The notes below the pieces were generated by a model. That model was given only the letters and a program-made list of their open reading frames with translations, did not search any database and was not told where the DNA came from. A stretch of DNA of 64,000 nucleotides from Gammaproteobacteria bacterium (GTDB lineage Bacteria > Pseudomonadota > Gammaproteobacteria > Pseudomonadales > Pseudohongiellaceae): assembly GCA_028825335.1 (NCBI GenBank), contig JAPKAI010000004.1:1614-65613 (forward strand), read 5' to 3'. Position numbers and translations under genes: made by a program. The stretch's first letter is position 1, and every line of letters starts with the position of its first letter. Positions 49,417-59,759 of the stretch are shown in pieces.

Positions 49417-51354
49417 ATGTCAGAAGACAAGATCTATCCAGTTTCAGATGCCGGATCTAGCAACACTTATCTGAACAAAGACAGCTTCCAGACGATGTAC
49501 CAGCATTCCATAGATGCACCCGAAGACTTCTGGGCTGAACAGGCTGGAAATTTGTTGCACTGGCATGAACCCTGGAAGAAAGTCACCAGTGGTGGATTTG
49601 CTAAGGCCGACACGAAGTGGTTTGAGGGAGCTAAATTAAACGTTGCATATAACTGCATCGACAGGCATCTGGAGCAACGCGGCGAACAAACTGCGATCAT
49701 CTGGGAAGGCGACGATCCCGCGCTCGACAAAAAGATAACGTATCGCGAATTGCATCAGGAAGTTTGCAAGCTCGCTAACGCTCTTAAGGCCAGAGGTGTC
49801 AGCAAGGGCGACCGCGTCTGCATCTATATGCCAATGGTTCCTGAGGCAGCGTACGCGATGCTCGCCTGCGCACGCATCGGCGCCGTGCACTCCGTCGTGT
49901 TTGGCGGCTTCTCTGCTGAATCTATTAAAGACAGAATTTTAGACTCTGACTGCCAGAGCGTCATCACTGCCGACGAAGGTGTACGCGGTGGGCGGACGAT
50001 TTCCTTGAAGGCTAATGTCGATGAGGCGCTCGAGCATTGCCCGAATGTGCACTCCGTTTTCGTTGTACGCCGCACCAATATCGAAGTTCCTTGGCACGAA
50101 GAACGCGATGTTTGCTATCACAAAGCCACCGAGGCCGCAGACAATGAATGCGAACCTGAGCTCATGGACGCGGAAGACCCACTGTTTATTCTGTATACCT
50201 CCGGCTCAACCGGCAAGCCGAAGGGCGTTTTACACACGACCGCCGGATATCTGCTCGGCGCAACCATTACCCACAAATACGTCTTCGATTATCACGAGGG
50301 CGACGTCTATTGGTGTACGGCCGATGTGGGCTGGGTCACTGGGCACTCTTATATCGTATACGGCCCACTCGCGAACGGCGCCGTAACGCTAATGTTCGAA
50401 GGTGTGCCTACTTATCCAGATGCCTCGCGCTTCTGGCAAGTCATCGACAAGCATCAAGTAAATATTTTCTATACGGCACCTACTGCTATTCGTGCACTGA
50501 TGTCAGCTGGCGACGAACCAGTTAAGAAAACTTCGCGATCCTCATTACGGTTGTTAGGTTCAGTAGGCGAACCCATAAATCCAGAAGCCTGGGAGTGGTA
50601 CTACCATGTTGTAGGTGATGCACGCTGCCCTATCGTCGACACCTGGTGGCAAACCGAGACCGGCGGAATCATGATCACACCCATACCCGGTGTAACTGAC
50701 TTAAAACCTGGCTCTGCCTCAACACCGTTCTTTGGAGTCGAGGCGGCATTACTCGATGCTGATGGCAAAGAGTTAGAAGGCGCGGCTACAGGCAATCTCG
50801 TACTCTGTAACAGCTGGCCCAGCCAAATTAGAAGCGTATACGGCGACCATCAGCGCTGCATCGACACCTATTTCACGACCTATCCCGGCTACTACTTCAC
50901 TGGCGACAGCGCCCGACGCGATGCCGATGGCTATTACTGGGTAACGGGCCGCGTTGACGACGTGATTAACGTATCTGGCCACCGACTTGGAACCGCCGAG
51001 ATCGAGAGCGCACTGGTACTGCACCCATCCGTTGCCGAGGCCGCAGTCGTCGGCTATCCACACGATATTAAGGGACAGGGCATCTATGCCTATGTCAGCC
51101 TCATGACCGGCTGCGAGGCTTCCGAGGAGCTGCGCGCAGAACTACTCAAATTTGTTGCCAAAGAAATCGGCGCCTTTGCCAGGCCAGAGATTATTCAATT
51201 CGCGCCCGGATTGCCCAAGACGCGGTCGGGAAAGATCATGCGTCGCATCCTGCGCAAGATTGCCTCGGACGAGCTCGAGAACCTAGGCGACACCTCAACG
51301 CTTGCCGACCCAGACGTGGTCGATGAGTTGATAGAGAATCGAGTTAATCGCTAA
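49417..51354 (+). CDS. acs: Acetyl-CoA synthetase
   Basis: 645 aa; [15 protein letters not shown]-binding motif, WWQTETGG, and a C-terminal SGKIMRR. Confidence 0.95.
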   Translation: MSEDKIYPVSDAGSSNTYLNKDSFQTMYQHSIDAPEDFWAEQAGNLLHWHEPWKKVTSGGFAKADTKWFEGAKLNVAYNCIDRHLEQRGEQTAIIWEGDDPALDKKITYRELHQEVCKLANALKARGVSKGDRVCIYMPMVPEAAYAMLACARIGAVHSVVFGGFSAESIKDRILDSDCQSVITADEGVRGGRTISLKANVDEALEHCPNVHSVFVVRRTNIEVPWHEERDVCYHKATEAADNECEPELMDAEDPLFILYTSGSTGKPKGVLHTTAGYLLGATITHKYVFDYHEGDVYWCTADVGWVTGHSYIVYGPLANGAVTLMFEGVPTYPDASRFWQVIDKHQVNIFYTAPTAIRALMSAGDEPVKKTSRSSLRLLGSVGEPINPEAWEWYYHVVGDARCPIVDTWWQTETGGIMITPIPGVTDLKPGSASTPFFGVEAALLDADGKELEGAATGNLVLCNSWPSQIRSVYGDHQRCIDTYFTTYPGYYFTGDSARRDADGYYWVTGRVDDVINVSGHRLGTAEIESALVLHPSVAEAAVVGYPHDIKGQGIYAYVSLMTGCEASEELRAELLKFVAKEIGAFARPEIIQFAPGLPKTRSGKIMRRILRKIASDELENLGDTSTLADPDVVDELIENRVNR

Positions 51355-51560
51355 TTTCAAGGAATTTACAAGGCTAAGCAACGACACCAGGAAAGTTGCA
51401 ACAAGTAGTCACGGTTGCTGTCTAACTCTGAGTGTTGGAGCTATAGTTGCCGCTATTCTGTGTAAGATTAACCGAGGCGTTCTGGTCCTATTCAACGGGT
51501 TTAGCCAGCGCTCCCAGCTAAGCATCACGCAATCATGCTCACCCAACTCGCAAACTAGCC

Positions 51561-52889
51561 ATGCAATCCGGACTTAGAATTCAATTTAATCCAAACAGTT
51601 CATTGCTGATATCTCTGAGCAGGCGCTTGATCGCACTGTTTCCCCTCACGCTGCAGGGATTAATTACACTGCTATTAACAGCCTATGCCCTGCGCGTGTA
51701 CGGCTATGGCGCCATGGACCTAGTCGTTTTCTCTTTGGCTATTTGCGCCCTGACTATCCTAATATTTAGCCTATTCTGTTCTATAGTCAGCGGCGTCTTC
51801 ATTCAACGCCGAGTGCGGATAAGCCTTGATCAACTCGCCAATAGCAGCGAGCCGATAAAGGTCGAAGCTGGCTACCCAAATGAAACCGGCTTTCTGCTTC
51901 CAGCACTGAATTACTTCCCCTTGGTCAAACTCAGCTGGCGAGTAATCTACCCCGACTTCGTGGAGACACAAATTCGTGTCGCAGCCGATGGCAAGCTTCT
52001 CGAAGAAATCGTGCCAGAGAAGCGCTGTAAGACAGAACACGTTACGCGCCTGTTTACAGTTTCCGATGTGCTCGGTTTCTGTCGTTATTCCTGGCAGCAG
52101 AAACAGGATATCTCCTGCAGCGCATTGCCAAAAACCAACACTGTAAAAACTCTTCCGCTTCTGCGCTCGTTAACCGCTGAGGATGGCATACCAAATCCAT
52201 CTGGAGATCCCGATGGCGATCGCATGGAAATTCGCCCCTACGTGCCAGGGGACTCGGTGCGCAATATCATGTGGAAGGTGTATGCACGCAACCGACAACT
52301 GAACGTTAGGCTCGCCGAGAAGAGCGTCTTCCACAGCAATCGCACTGTCGCCTATCTATTGAGCAGCGACAATGATGAAGCTGCTGCTGCCGTTGCTCGT
52401 GTTGCATTGGAGACAGGTGCTCTAGGTGACGACTGGGCTTTCTCAGCCGATGGCTCCGAGACTCCTGTGAACGCACTTCCCGCCGCGCTAGATGCCATTG
52501 CGAAATCCAGGGCAATCGATAGAACACTAGGCTATGGTCTAGATGAATTCCTAACAAAGAGCGCCGGCCAGGCCGGTACGCACTGCATCGTATTTGGGGC
52601 AGCTGAATTCGCCCCTTGGTTTGAACAACTGAAGAAAACAATCTCTCGTTTTCCCGGTCGTTTCTCCCTAGTACTTGCAACCGATGGATTCAACGAGACC
52701 GAGCAGCTAAAACTATGGCAACGTCTCTTACTGCAAGATGATCCAGCTGGCGGGAAAGATAGCGAGTTTGGAGGCTCTAGAGCTGATTTGCTTAAGTTAT
52801 TGACCGCTCTCGGGCAACTAGTAGAATCAACCATAGTTGTGGACAGAAAAGCGGGGCTCAGTTTCGACCAGAATCTTAGAAAAGTATAA
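51561..52889 (+). CDS. DUF58-family protein with N-terminal TM helices (MoxR-associated)
   Basis: IRPYVPGDSVRNIMWKVYARNRQLNVR matches the DUF58 signature R.Y.PGD..R.I.WK..AR. Confidence 0.75.
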   Translation: MQSGLRIQFNPNSSLLISLSRRLIALFPLTLQGLITLLLTAYALRVYGYGAMDLVVFSLAICALTILIFSLFCSIVSGVFIQRRVRISLDQLANSSEPIKVEAGYPNETGFLLPALNYFPLVKLSWRVIYPDFVETQIRVAADGKLLEEIVPEKRCKTEHVTRLFTVSDVLGFCRYSWQQKQDISCSALPKTNTVKTLPLLRSLTAEDGIPNPSGDPDGDRMEIRPYVPGDSVRNIMWKVYARNRQLNVRLAEKSVFHSNRTVAYLLSSDNDEAAAAVARVALETGALGDDWAFSADGSETPVNALPAALDAIAKSRAIDRTLGYGLDEFLTKSAGQAGTHCIVFGAAEFAPWFEQLKKTISRFPGRFSLVLATDGFNETEQLKLWQRLLLQDDPAGGKDSEFGGSRADLLKLLTALGQLVESTIVVDRKAGLSFDQNLRKV

Positions 52890-52928
52890 CTTATTGATTG
52901 TTAAGCAGTTATAAATCGAGCAATTACA

Positions 52929-55085
52929 ATGACGCTGAAAAGAGCAAGCAACAAGGTAGCAAAGACACAGCATTTCTTGCCGACTAGTCTGCGCGCGGCA
53001 ATTATAGCCAGTAGCTATTGGGTACTAAGCCTGTCCCTAACCGTTGTCAGCGGTTCCGTCGCCTCCTTCATCGGCTGCCTGTTCGCCTGCTATCTGATCG
53101 ACCTTGGCATTCATCGGTCCCCCTTAAAGCGACTACGCACCTTCACCATCAATCTAATGAGCCTCAGCTTCCTGCTCTTAGGTTTGTTACTCGCATCGTT
53201 GGTAACCAGCACAACTGTGATCTCGGAAATTACCAATCCAATGTTTGCCTTCAACTCCGGCGAGTTCATCAAGTGGTTTGCAATCAGCGCCTCTCTCACA
53301 GTTTGCTTGCGCGTCCTCGCACAACGCACAAGCTATGGCGCCGTCATTGAAATACTCTTCGTAGCTATCGCCTTTGTTATAACCTTGTCCGCACATCGCA
53401 ATGGCATGATCCACCGCCCCTTCCTTATCGGCGACTATGCGTTGACCCGAGGCATTGATCCGTCTTCGATACTAATGGCATTCGGATGTGGCGCGGTTCT
53501 TTCCCTCGCTGCTCTGCTGATGATCGAGAATAACCATCGTCGCCTGCCCTATCACTTTACCGTTCTCGGGCTCCTATGCTTCTCGCTGTTGTTTTATGTC
53601 CGACTGTTTGGACTACCGACACCACAGCTAACAGACGATCTAGGGCTAACAGGAAAAGAGCAAGCTGGCAATGGCGCCCAGCGTGAGAACCCATTCAGAG
53701 ATAGCGAAAACAACGCAGATGACAAAGAGGCGCCCGTAGCGGTCGTCGTTTTTCGGGATGACTATGAACCTCTAAACGGCTCCTACTATTTTCGCGAGTC
53801 GGCGTACTCCCAGTTCAATGGCACCCTGCTCGACTTTACGACACGTAGCGACATGGACCAGGACCTGATCAAGAACTTCACGAACTCGCGCATCGAGACC
53901 AACCAACTACCCAAGGCGACAGATCAGCGCACACCGGTTCGTGCCAGTATCGGCATGCTAATCACGCATCGCATACCGTTTGGTCTAGAAAGCCCGATCG
54001 CCTATGAGAACACGGCGAACCCGAACAATCTACGCTTTAAGCGAACCTATGACACCTACTCGCAAGCGCCGGAGTATGACTTCAACTACCTACTCGGCCG
54101 CGAACTAGGCAGAGCCGATTGGTCGCAGGAAGTCTGGGATGAATACCTAAAACTTCCCGACGACCCACGTTACAAAGAACTCGCCGAGAACCTGATCGCT
54201 GACCTAAAGCCCGAGTTCACCGATGACCCCTTTGCCAAGGCCTGGGCAATAAAGACTTATTTGGATGAGAGCGGCATCTACAGCCTGAAGAACGAGCATG
54301 CCTACGAGACTGATCCGGCTGGTTCATTCTTATTTGGCGATCTAACTGGCTACTGCATGCACTTTTCCTTTGCCGCCACCTATATGTTTCGTAGCTTGGG
54401 CATCCCCGCTCGAGTAGGCATCGGCTATGCTGTTCCTGCCAGTAATAAAGCAGGCGGTTCATCGCTACTGATACAGGCTGTGCATGGGCATGCATGGCCT
54501 GAGATTTATTTTCGCGACATTGGCTGGGTAATCGTTGACCCGGCGCCACAGCAAACGCTAGTGGATATGACTACTGACCCACAGAACAATCTGCAGCAAC
54601 TATTGGGCGATATGCTACGCAACGATGCGTCTTTTGATGACTTCCTGCAGTCGCAGCAGACATCCTCGATAAACCTACAACTGATTCTGAATGTTCTGTA
54701 TGCCCTAATCTTAGCGACTCTGCTTAGCGCCTACACAATCAAGTTCTACCGCATTTGGATTCCATCTCGAGCGGCGACAGACAAGCAATATCGGCTTAGC
54801 TATCGAGCGATGCTAGATCAACTCGCAGCCATCGGCTTGCATCGACAATTTGGAGAGAGCCGCGAGCAGTTTGCCCGACGCGTCGAGGCAGTGGCGCCGA
54901 GTATGCAGAAATTAACTAATCAACATCTCGCGCTAGCCTTGGGCTCTCAGGACAAGAGCAGTCTTGATGCGGCAAACTGGGCAGAGTTACGCAGCACCAT
55001 CGCACAAGAGATAGGTCGCAATACACAGACTTGGAAGCGAATTGTCGCCTGGATCAATCCTTTTTCCTGGCTGCTCAGTAAATAA
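52929..55085 (+). CDS. Transglutaminase-like membrane protein (TgpA-like)
   Basis: 718 aa; N-terminal polytopic domain, then the Cys-His-Asp core GYCMHFSFAATYMFRSLGIPARV...HAWPEIYF...GWVIVDP, and a C-terminal TM. Confidence 0.8.
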   Translation: MTLKRASNKVAKTQHFLPTSLRAAIIASSYWVLSLSLTVVSGSVASFIGCLFACYLIDLGIHRSPLKRLRTFTINLMSLSFLLLGLLLASLVTSTTVISEITNPMFAFNSGEFIKWFAISASLTVCLRVLAQRTSYGAVIEILFVAIAFVITLSAHRNGMIHRPFLIGDYALTRGIDPSSILMAFGCGAVLSLAALLMIENNHRRLPYHFTVLGLLCFSLLFYVRLFGLPTPQLTDDLGLTGKEQAGNGAQRENPFRDSENNADDKEAPVAVVVFRDDYEPLNGSYYFRESAYSQFNGTLLDFTTRSDMDQDLIKNFTNSRIETNQLPKATDQRTPVRASIGMLITHRIPFGLESPIAYENTANPNNLRFKRTYDTYSQAPEYDFNYLLGRELGRADWSQEVWDEYLKLPDDPRYKELAENLIADLKPEFTDDPFAKAWAIKTYLDESGIYSLKNEHAYETDPAGSFLFGDLTGYCMHFSFAATYMFRSLGIPARVGIGYAVPASNKAGGSSLLIQAVHGHAWPEIYFRDIGWVIVDPAPQQTLVDMTTDPQNNLQQLLGDMLRNDASFDDFLQSQQTSSINLQLILNVLYALILATLLSAYTIKFYRIWIPSRAATDKQYRLSYRAMLDQLAAIGLHRQFGESREQFARRVEAVAPSMQKLTNQHLALALGSQDKSSLDAANWAELRSTIAQEIGRNTQTWKRIVAWINPFSWLLSK

Positions 55086-55139
55086 TCCTTGTAACTCTTT
55101 ACCTAAGAGCCAAACCCGTTCAAAGAAGTGGAGCAAACT

Positions 55140-56195
55140 ATGACAGACAGTATCACCGAAGTAGCTGAGCCTATGCCCCTCAGCGATACTGAGGAAGTAA
55201 GCAGCAATACTCAAATCGACGCAGCCGTTGACGTGTTAAATAGGCTGAGCGCTGCCGTAAAGCAGCAGGTCCTAGGCCGTGATGATGTTATCGAACTAAC
55301 TCTCATCGCATTAGTAGCTGACGGACATGTGCTGCTCGAAGATTTTCCAGGCTCCGGTAAAACCACGCTCGCGAAAGCGCTGGGCGAAGCTATCGTCGAC
55401 GATGGCAGCGACAAGAGTCGTGCGGACTTCATCTTGCCCTTTCGCCGCATCCAGTTTACTCCAGACTTACTGCCTTCGGATGTCACCGGCGTACCGGTAT
55501 TCGATAGCAACAGCAACGCTTTCCACTTCCGACATGGCCCTCTGTTTGCCCATGTTGTTCTCGCAGATGAGATCAACAGAACGTCGCCGAAAGTGCAGTC
55601 CGCTATGCTCGAAGCAATGGGCGAGAAACAGGTTACCGTCGACAACATCACCTACCAGCTCGATGCACTTTTCTTTGTTATTGCCACGCAGAACCCGCTT
55701 GACCTCGTAGGCACCTATCCGCTGCCCACTCCACAACTCGATCGCTTCCTGTTTAAGATAACGATGAATCATATCGATCGTGAATCTGAATTGGATGTTC
55801 TGGACACGTACAAACAACGAAGAGATCTAAGTGCGGATAAAATTACCGTTACTCGCGATGATGTCCTATTCGCCAGAGAACAGATCGATGCAGCAGTCAC
55901 AATTAGCGGCAGCATCAAATCCGCACTCGTCGATATTTCCAGAAACCTACGCGAGGACGAACGAGTACTTCAGGGCAACTCCACGCGCAGCATGGTACTT
56001 ATGCTGCCAGCCCTGCAAGTCGCTGCAGCACTGCGTGGCAGAGACTATGTGAGCGCCGAGGATATTGAACTTCTACTACCCAGAGTTCTAGGTCACCGTA
56101 TTGAACTAGCACCGGGTGTTGCAGACATGAACAAGGTGCTCATCGATGCCATGCGCGGGCCCATGGAACAGCTAGCTAGAGGCACGCTAGCCTAA
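55140..56195 (+). CDS. MoxR-family AAA+ ATPase
   Basis: GSGKTT Walker A, RIQFTPDLLPSDVTG, LADEINRTSPKVQSAMLEAMGEKQVTV, ATQNP. ATG 55140 (the track start is GTG 55128). Confidence 0.9.
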   Translation: MTDSITEVAEPMPLSDTEEVSSNTQIDAAVDVLNRLSAAVKQQVLGRDDVIELTLIALVADGHVLLEDFPGSGKTTLAKALGEAIVDDGSDKSRADFILPFRRIQFTPDLLPSDVTGVPVFDSNSNAFHFRHGPLFAHVVLADEINRTSPKVQSAMLEAMGEKQVTVDNITYQLDALFFVIATQNPLDLVGTYPLPTPQLDRFLFKITMNHIDRESELDVLDTYKQRRDLSADKITVTRDDVLFAREQIDAAVTISGSIKSALVDISRNLREDERVLQGNSTRSMVLMLPALQVAAALRGRDYVSAEDIELLLPRVLGHRIELAPGVADMNKVLIDAMRGPMEQLARGTLA

Positions 56196-58261
56196 TGCAC
56201 AATCGGAAACCTAGAATTTGGCCGCGACGGACAGTCGCGAGTCTCAGCTTGGTTACGATTCTTATAGCTGCTTGCAATGTCTCTGCCCAAGATGATAATC
56301 CTCGTTCCCTCGAAAGCATCGAGATACCTCAGGCTCAGCGCCAACTCTGTTTTGGCTTCACCGATGTTGGCGACACGAACGCGCTTGCCGTCTGCGATGC
56401 ATTGAATCTCGATCTAAATGTGAAAGCTCGCGAGTTAAGCGAGCAGTGGCTGCGCCAAGAACCGAATTCTCCAGGCGCGCAGTTCGCACTTGCTGAAGTC
56501 CTGCTAACCATCGAAGGCAATATGCCTAGAGCGCTTTTTCACCTGAACCGCGCGGAGCAGCTTACCAACTACAACAACATACCAGAGGCGCTAGAATCGG
56601 GAAATCTGCAATGGCACTACCTGACACTGAGCCAACTGTCCTATGTGCACCAACTCATGGGCGACCAGCTTCTCTCACTGGAATATCTAGATAGGCTCGA
56701 AGAAGTCTACGGACAAGACGTCGAATCATTCCGCGGCTGGCCGCTAATCAAACTCAAGCAATACGATGCGGCTCGTGAGAGTGCAAACCGGGTTCTACAA
56801 AATACCGACAACGAGCGGGAACGAGCGCGTGCCTGGAACACGATCTGCGCGGCCGACTTGGCCAGCCTACAACCTATCGAGTCCTTAACTGCCTGTGACC
56901 GTGCAGTGAGTGAGGATGAGGCTTTTGCCGATTCGGTAAGCGATTACGACACGGTCTACTTGAGCAATGCATCGGAAGTTGCGCTAAGCCTATTACGAAT
57001 GGATGAGGCAGAAGAATATCTCAATCGTGCGACTCGCTATCTAAATGCGGATAGCGTGGCAAACCCTTGGATCTATAAACTCTATCTACTCATGAATCAG
57101 GGTCGCTTCGATGAATCCCGCGAGGCGCTCGATCGCATGCTTATCTGGCGCGAAGCACAAGAACCCATCGTCAACGTGATGAATCGTGCTGAGCACTTTC
57201 TCGTTACAGCCAGCTTCCTCCTGCTCGCAGGCTATAGCGAGGACGCGATCAAACTCACCACAACGGCATTGAATCAACCTGATCGGAATGGCTCATACAG
57301 CGCTGACGACGCACAGAAAGACTCCATGGCCGCTCTGATCAACATGATGGCCAACCGACTCGAGTATCAGCTCCAACTGGAGAAGGTGGCTACGATGGAT
57401 TTCTTCGAATCTCTGTCTGCACGCGCCAATGCCCTAAGTTTTCAATTCAATGCGTGGCGTTCGGAGCGTCGTGCCGCTGCACTGTTCGCCGAGTTCGATG
57501 TACTACAAAATAGACTGCGCCCCTATGCACCCTTAGATGTACACATTCCCGAATGGATCGAACCGGAAATCGTCGGCAGTATCGGCACGGGAGTCATGAG
57601 TAACATAATTGAGCAAGCGAATAGCAATGGAGCCTTTATGCTCAACGCCGGCTACTATCATTCCTACAAGGCAGAAGTTGCCGCACTAGACAATGATCGC
57701 GATGCCGTTATGCGCGAAGGCGCAGCAGCTCTAAGCCAACTACCAGCACAGGAGGTCTTGCTTCGTGCTCGCTTGGCTGCACAAATGGGCAAGATGGCCT
57801 GGCACGGCAATCGCCATGCACAGGCCCTATCCCTGTTTGAAAACGCTTACCTACAAGACCCCAGTGTACTGCGCCGCCTCGGCATAAGCCTACCGGTAGC
57901 TATAACAAACGATGGGACAGATTTCTCCGAACAGGTAGCAGGCTACCTAGCCGATTCGCCACGTTTTTCTCGAGAAGCAAACGGAATGGGCCTGGAGGTT
58001 AGCACCTCACCCGATATATCCATATGCCTTAAAACAAGAACAGGCACCATCTTGTCGTGTTACACTATGGCCGCTGCCGAAAGTGAAAGCAGCAAGTGGA
58101 ATGCTCAACAACTGACACAAATGTTTCATACCCAAACCTTCGGTTTAGGCTTTGATATTAGTCAAGCTCAGCGTTCTATCCTGATGGGATCAAGCGTCAT
58201 CCTCAGCTCACAAAACGATCGTTCTCTGCAGCGTAATCGAGAAGCCGTACTGGATCGCTAA
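56195..58261 (+). CDS. Exported helical-repeat (TPR-like) protein coupled to moxR
   Basis: 688 aa with a signal peptide (..SLVTILIAACNVSAQDD). Its ATG overlaps the moxR TAA (TAATG). The TPR-like call is from composition only. Confidence 0.55.
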   Translation: MHNRKPRIWPRRTVASLSLVTILIAACNVSAQDDNPRSLESIEIPQAQRQLCFGFTDVGDTNALAVCDALNLDLNVKARELSEQWLRQEPNSPGAQFALAEVLLTIEGNMPRALFHLNRAEQLTNYNNIPEALESGNLQWHYLTLSQLSYVHQLMGDQLLSLEYLDRLEEVYGQDVESFRGWPLIKLKQYDAARESANRVLQNTDNERERARAWNTICAADLASLQPIESLTACDRAVSEDEAFADSVSDYDTVYLSNASEVALSLLRMDEAEEYLNRATRYLNADSVANPWIYKLYLLMNQGRFDESREALDRMLIWREAQEPIVNVMNRAEHFLVTASFLLLAGYSEDAIKLTTTALNQPDRNGSYSADDAQKDSMAALINMMANRLEYQLQLEKVATMDFFESLSARANALSFQFNAWRSERRAAALFAEFDVLQNRLRPYAPLDVHIPEWIEPEIVGSIGTGVMSNIIEQANSNGAFMLNAGYYHSYKAEVAALDNDRDAVMREGAAALSQLPAQEVLLRARLAAQMGKMAWHGNRHAQALSLFENAYLQDPSVLRRLGISLPVAITNDGTDFSEQVAGYLADSPRFSREANGMGLEVSTSPDISICLKTRTGTILSCYTMAAAESESSKWNAQQLTQMFHTQTFGLGFDISQAQRSILMGSSVILSSQNDRSLQRNREAVLDR

Positions 58262-58328
58262 TTCAATACCCGCAGTTTCCAACTGCCTAAGATCTCTTCA
58301 ATGTTTACTCCATTGATGGAAAATAGCT

Positions 58329-59528
58329 TTGCCTACTCGCACATCATTATCAAAGACTCTCATTATCTTACTAGCGGCCACATCCGCACTTGGCCCTGCT
58401 TCCATGCAGATCTTACTGCCTGCCCTACCGGTAATTAAAGAAACATTTGAAGTAAGCACTGAAGTTGCTCAGCTCACCCTCAGCCTCTCGATGCTAGCCA
58501 TTGCTTTAGGCACTCTATTCTATGGCCCTCTGTCAGATAAGTATGGGCGCAAGCCCGTCATGCTGCTTGGTCTGTCGATCGCACTAGTCGGATCGGTATT
58601 CTGTTTCTTGGCGAACACCATCGAATTGCTTATCCTGGGAAGATTCATTCAAGCCTTCGGCGCAGCAGTTGGCCTCGTGCTCGCACGCGCCATAGTACGC
58701 GACGTTTATGGGGCACAGGAGGCTGCACGCGTCATCGCGACACTCGTCATGGTGATGGTGGTGGCACCCATGCTTTCGCCAGCGCTGGGTGGAGAGTTAA
58801 TGTTGCGGCTTGGCTGGGAATATGTCTTCGTAGTAATCGCCATCGCGTGTATCTTGATCTCATTGCTGCTTTTTAAGAACTTGCCAGAAACCCTCAAGGA
58901 ACCGGTGCCCTTCACTGGCGTCGTAGCAATGATAGGTAACTATGCGCTACTATTTCGGTCGCGTGCATTCTGCGGTTATGCCTTCTGCGTTACTTTCGTA
59001 TCAGTCATCTTCTTCAGCTTTATTTCTGCCGCGCCAGAGATCATGGTTGCGGTATTGAAACGCCCTCCTAACGAGTACGGATACTACTTCGTAATGATCC
59101 CCATCGGGTTCATGGCAGGAAACTACTTCGCGCGTCACTTCGGCCGATCGATGGAACTGAACCGCATGATTGGCATAGGCGTAAGCTTAGGATTTATAGG
59201 AGTTTCTCTAGCAATTGCGCTGCAACTCATGGGGTTTCATCAACCTATTGCCCTGTTCGCACCTATCGCTTTGGCTGTACTCGGAAATGGAATAGCTCTA
59301 CCCAATGCGCAGGCTGCCGCGATTAATGAATTCCCCAAATTTGCAGGCAGTGCATCTGGCCTAACAGGCTTTCTACAAATGTTCTTCTCTGCCATCTCTG
59401 CGCAATTGGTTGCCGTGATCTTTAACGGAACAGTATATCCCTTATTGATTTTGATGCTAATCGCATCGATTCTATCGCTAGTCTGTTTCAATCTAGGCGT
59501 GCGGGTCAGCCCGAAAGCTTCTGCCTAA
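58329..59528 (+). CDS. MFS transporter, Bcr/CflA drug-efflux subfamily
   Basis: 399 aa, 12 TM; GPLSDKYGRKPV motif A and a LGRFIQAFGAA region. TTG start. Confidence 0.8.
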   Translation: MPTRTSLSKTLIILLAATSALGPASMQILLPALPVIKETFEVSTEVAQLTLSLSMLAIALGTLFYGPLSDKYGRKPVMLLGLSIALVGSVFCFLANTIELLILGRFIQAFGAAVGLVLARAIVRDVYGAQEAARVIATLVMVMVVAPMLSPALGGELMLRLGWEYVFVVIAIACILISLLLFKNLPETLKEPVPFTGVVAMIGNYALLFRSRAFCGYAFCVTFVSVIFFSFISAAPEIMVAVLKRPPNEYGYYFVMIPIGFMAGNYFARHFGRSMELNRMIGIGVSLGFIGVSLAIALQLMGFHQPIALFAPIALAVLGNGIALPNAQAAAINEFPKFAGSASGLTGFLQMFFSAISAQLVAVIFNGTVYPLLILMLIASILSLVCFNLGVRVSPKASA

Positions 59529-59617
59529 TCTAAAACGAGAAATACTGACTAGCATCAAGTTTGGTTTCTGCCTATAGCGTTACTCTATTCCTATAAATTG
59601 GAAAAGGAGTAATTCTC

Positions 59618-59713
59618 ATGAAAAGTAAAACTATCAAACCAGCCTTTCTAGCTGTCGTTTCACTAATCACCGTTGTTTCGCTAGTCGGATGCAACGCGAA
59701 TTCGTTCTACTAG
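59618..59713 (+). CDS. 31-codon lipoprotein micro-gene (mature peptide only about 7 aa)
   Basis: Below the track size cut-off. AAGGAG lies 7 nt before the ATG. Encodes MKSKTIKPAFLAVVSLITVVSLVGCNANSFY with lipobox LVGC, followed by its own hairpin and T-run. Confidence 0.5.
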   Translation: MKSKTIKPAFLAVVSLITVVSLVGCNANSFY

Positions 59714-59736
59714 CTGCTGCTATGCGGGAAAATGTG

Positions 59737-59759
59737 GCTATCAGGAGATAGCTATTTTT
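59737..59759 (+). terminator. Rho-independent terminator after the micro-lipoprotein gene
   Basis: GCTATC-agga-GATAGC followed by TATTTTT. Overlaps the stop codon of the convergent gene. Confidence 0.5.

Noticed and set aside
49467-51063. Numerous 60-125-aa ORFs on both strands inside acs, with similar sets inside hppA, cbrA, rpoN, murA, hisD and moxR
   Set aside because: All are embedded in, or antisense to, long genes with unambiguous motifs. Their Arg/Ser/Ala-rich translations are typical of shadow frames.
58317-58328. Alternative ATG (58317) just upstream of the MFS transporter ORF
   Set aside because: It is out of frame with the 12-TM reading frame and terminates after about 40 codons. 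The in-frame TTG 58329 (or ATG 58404) is retained.
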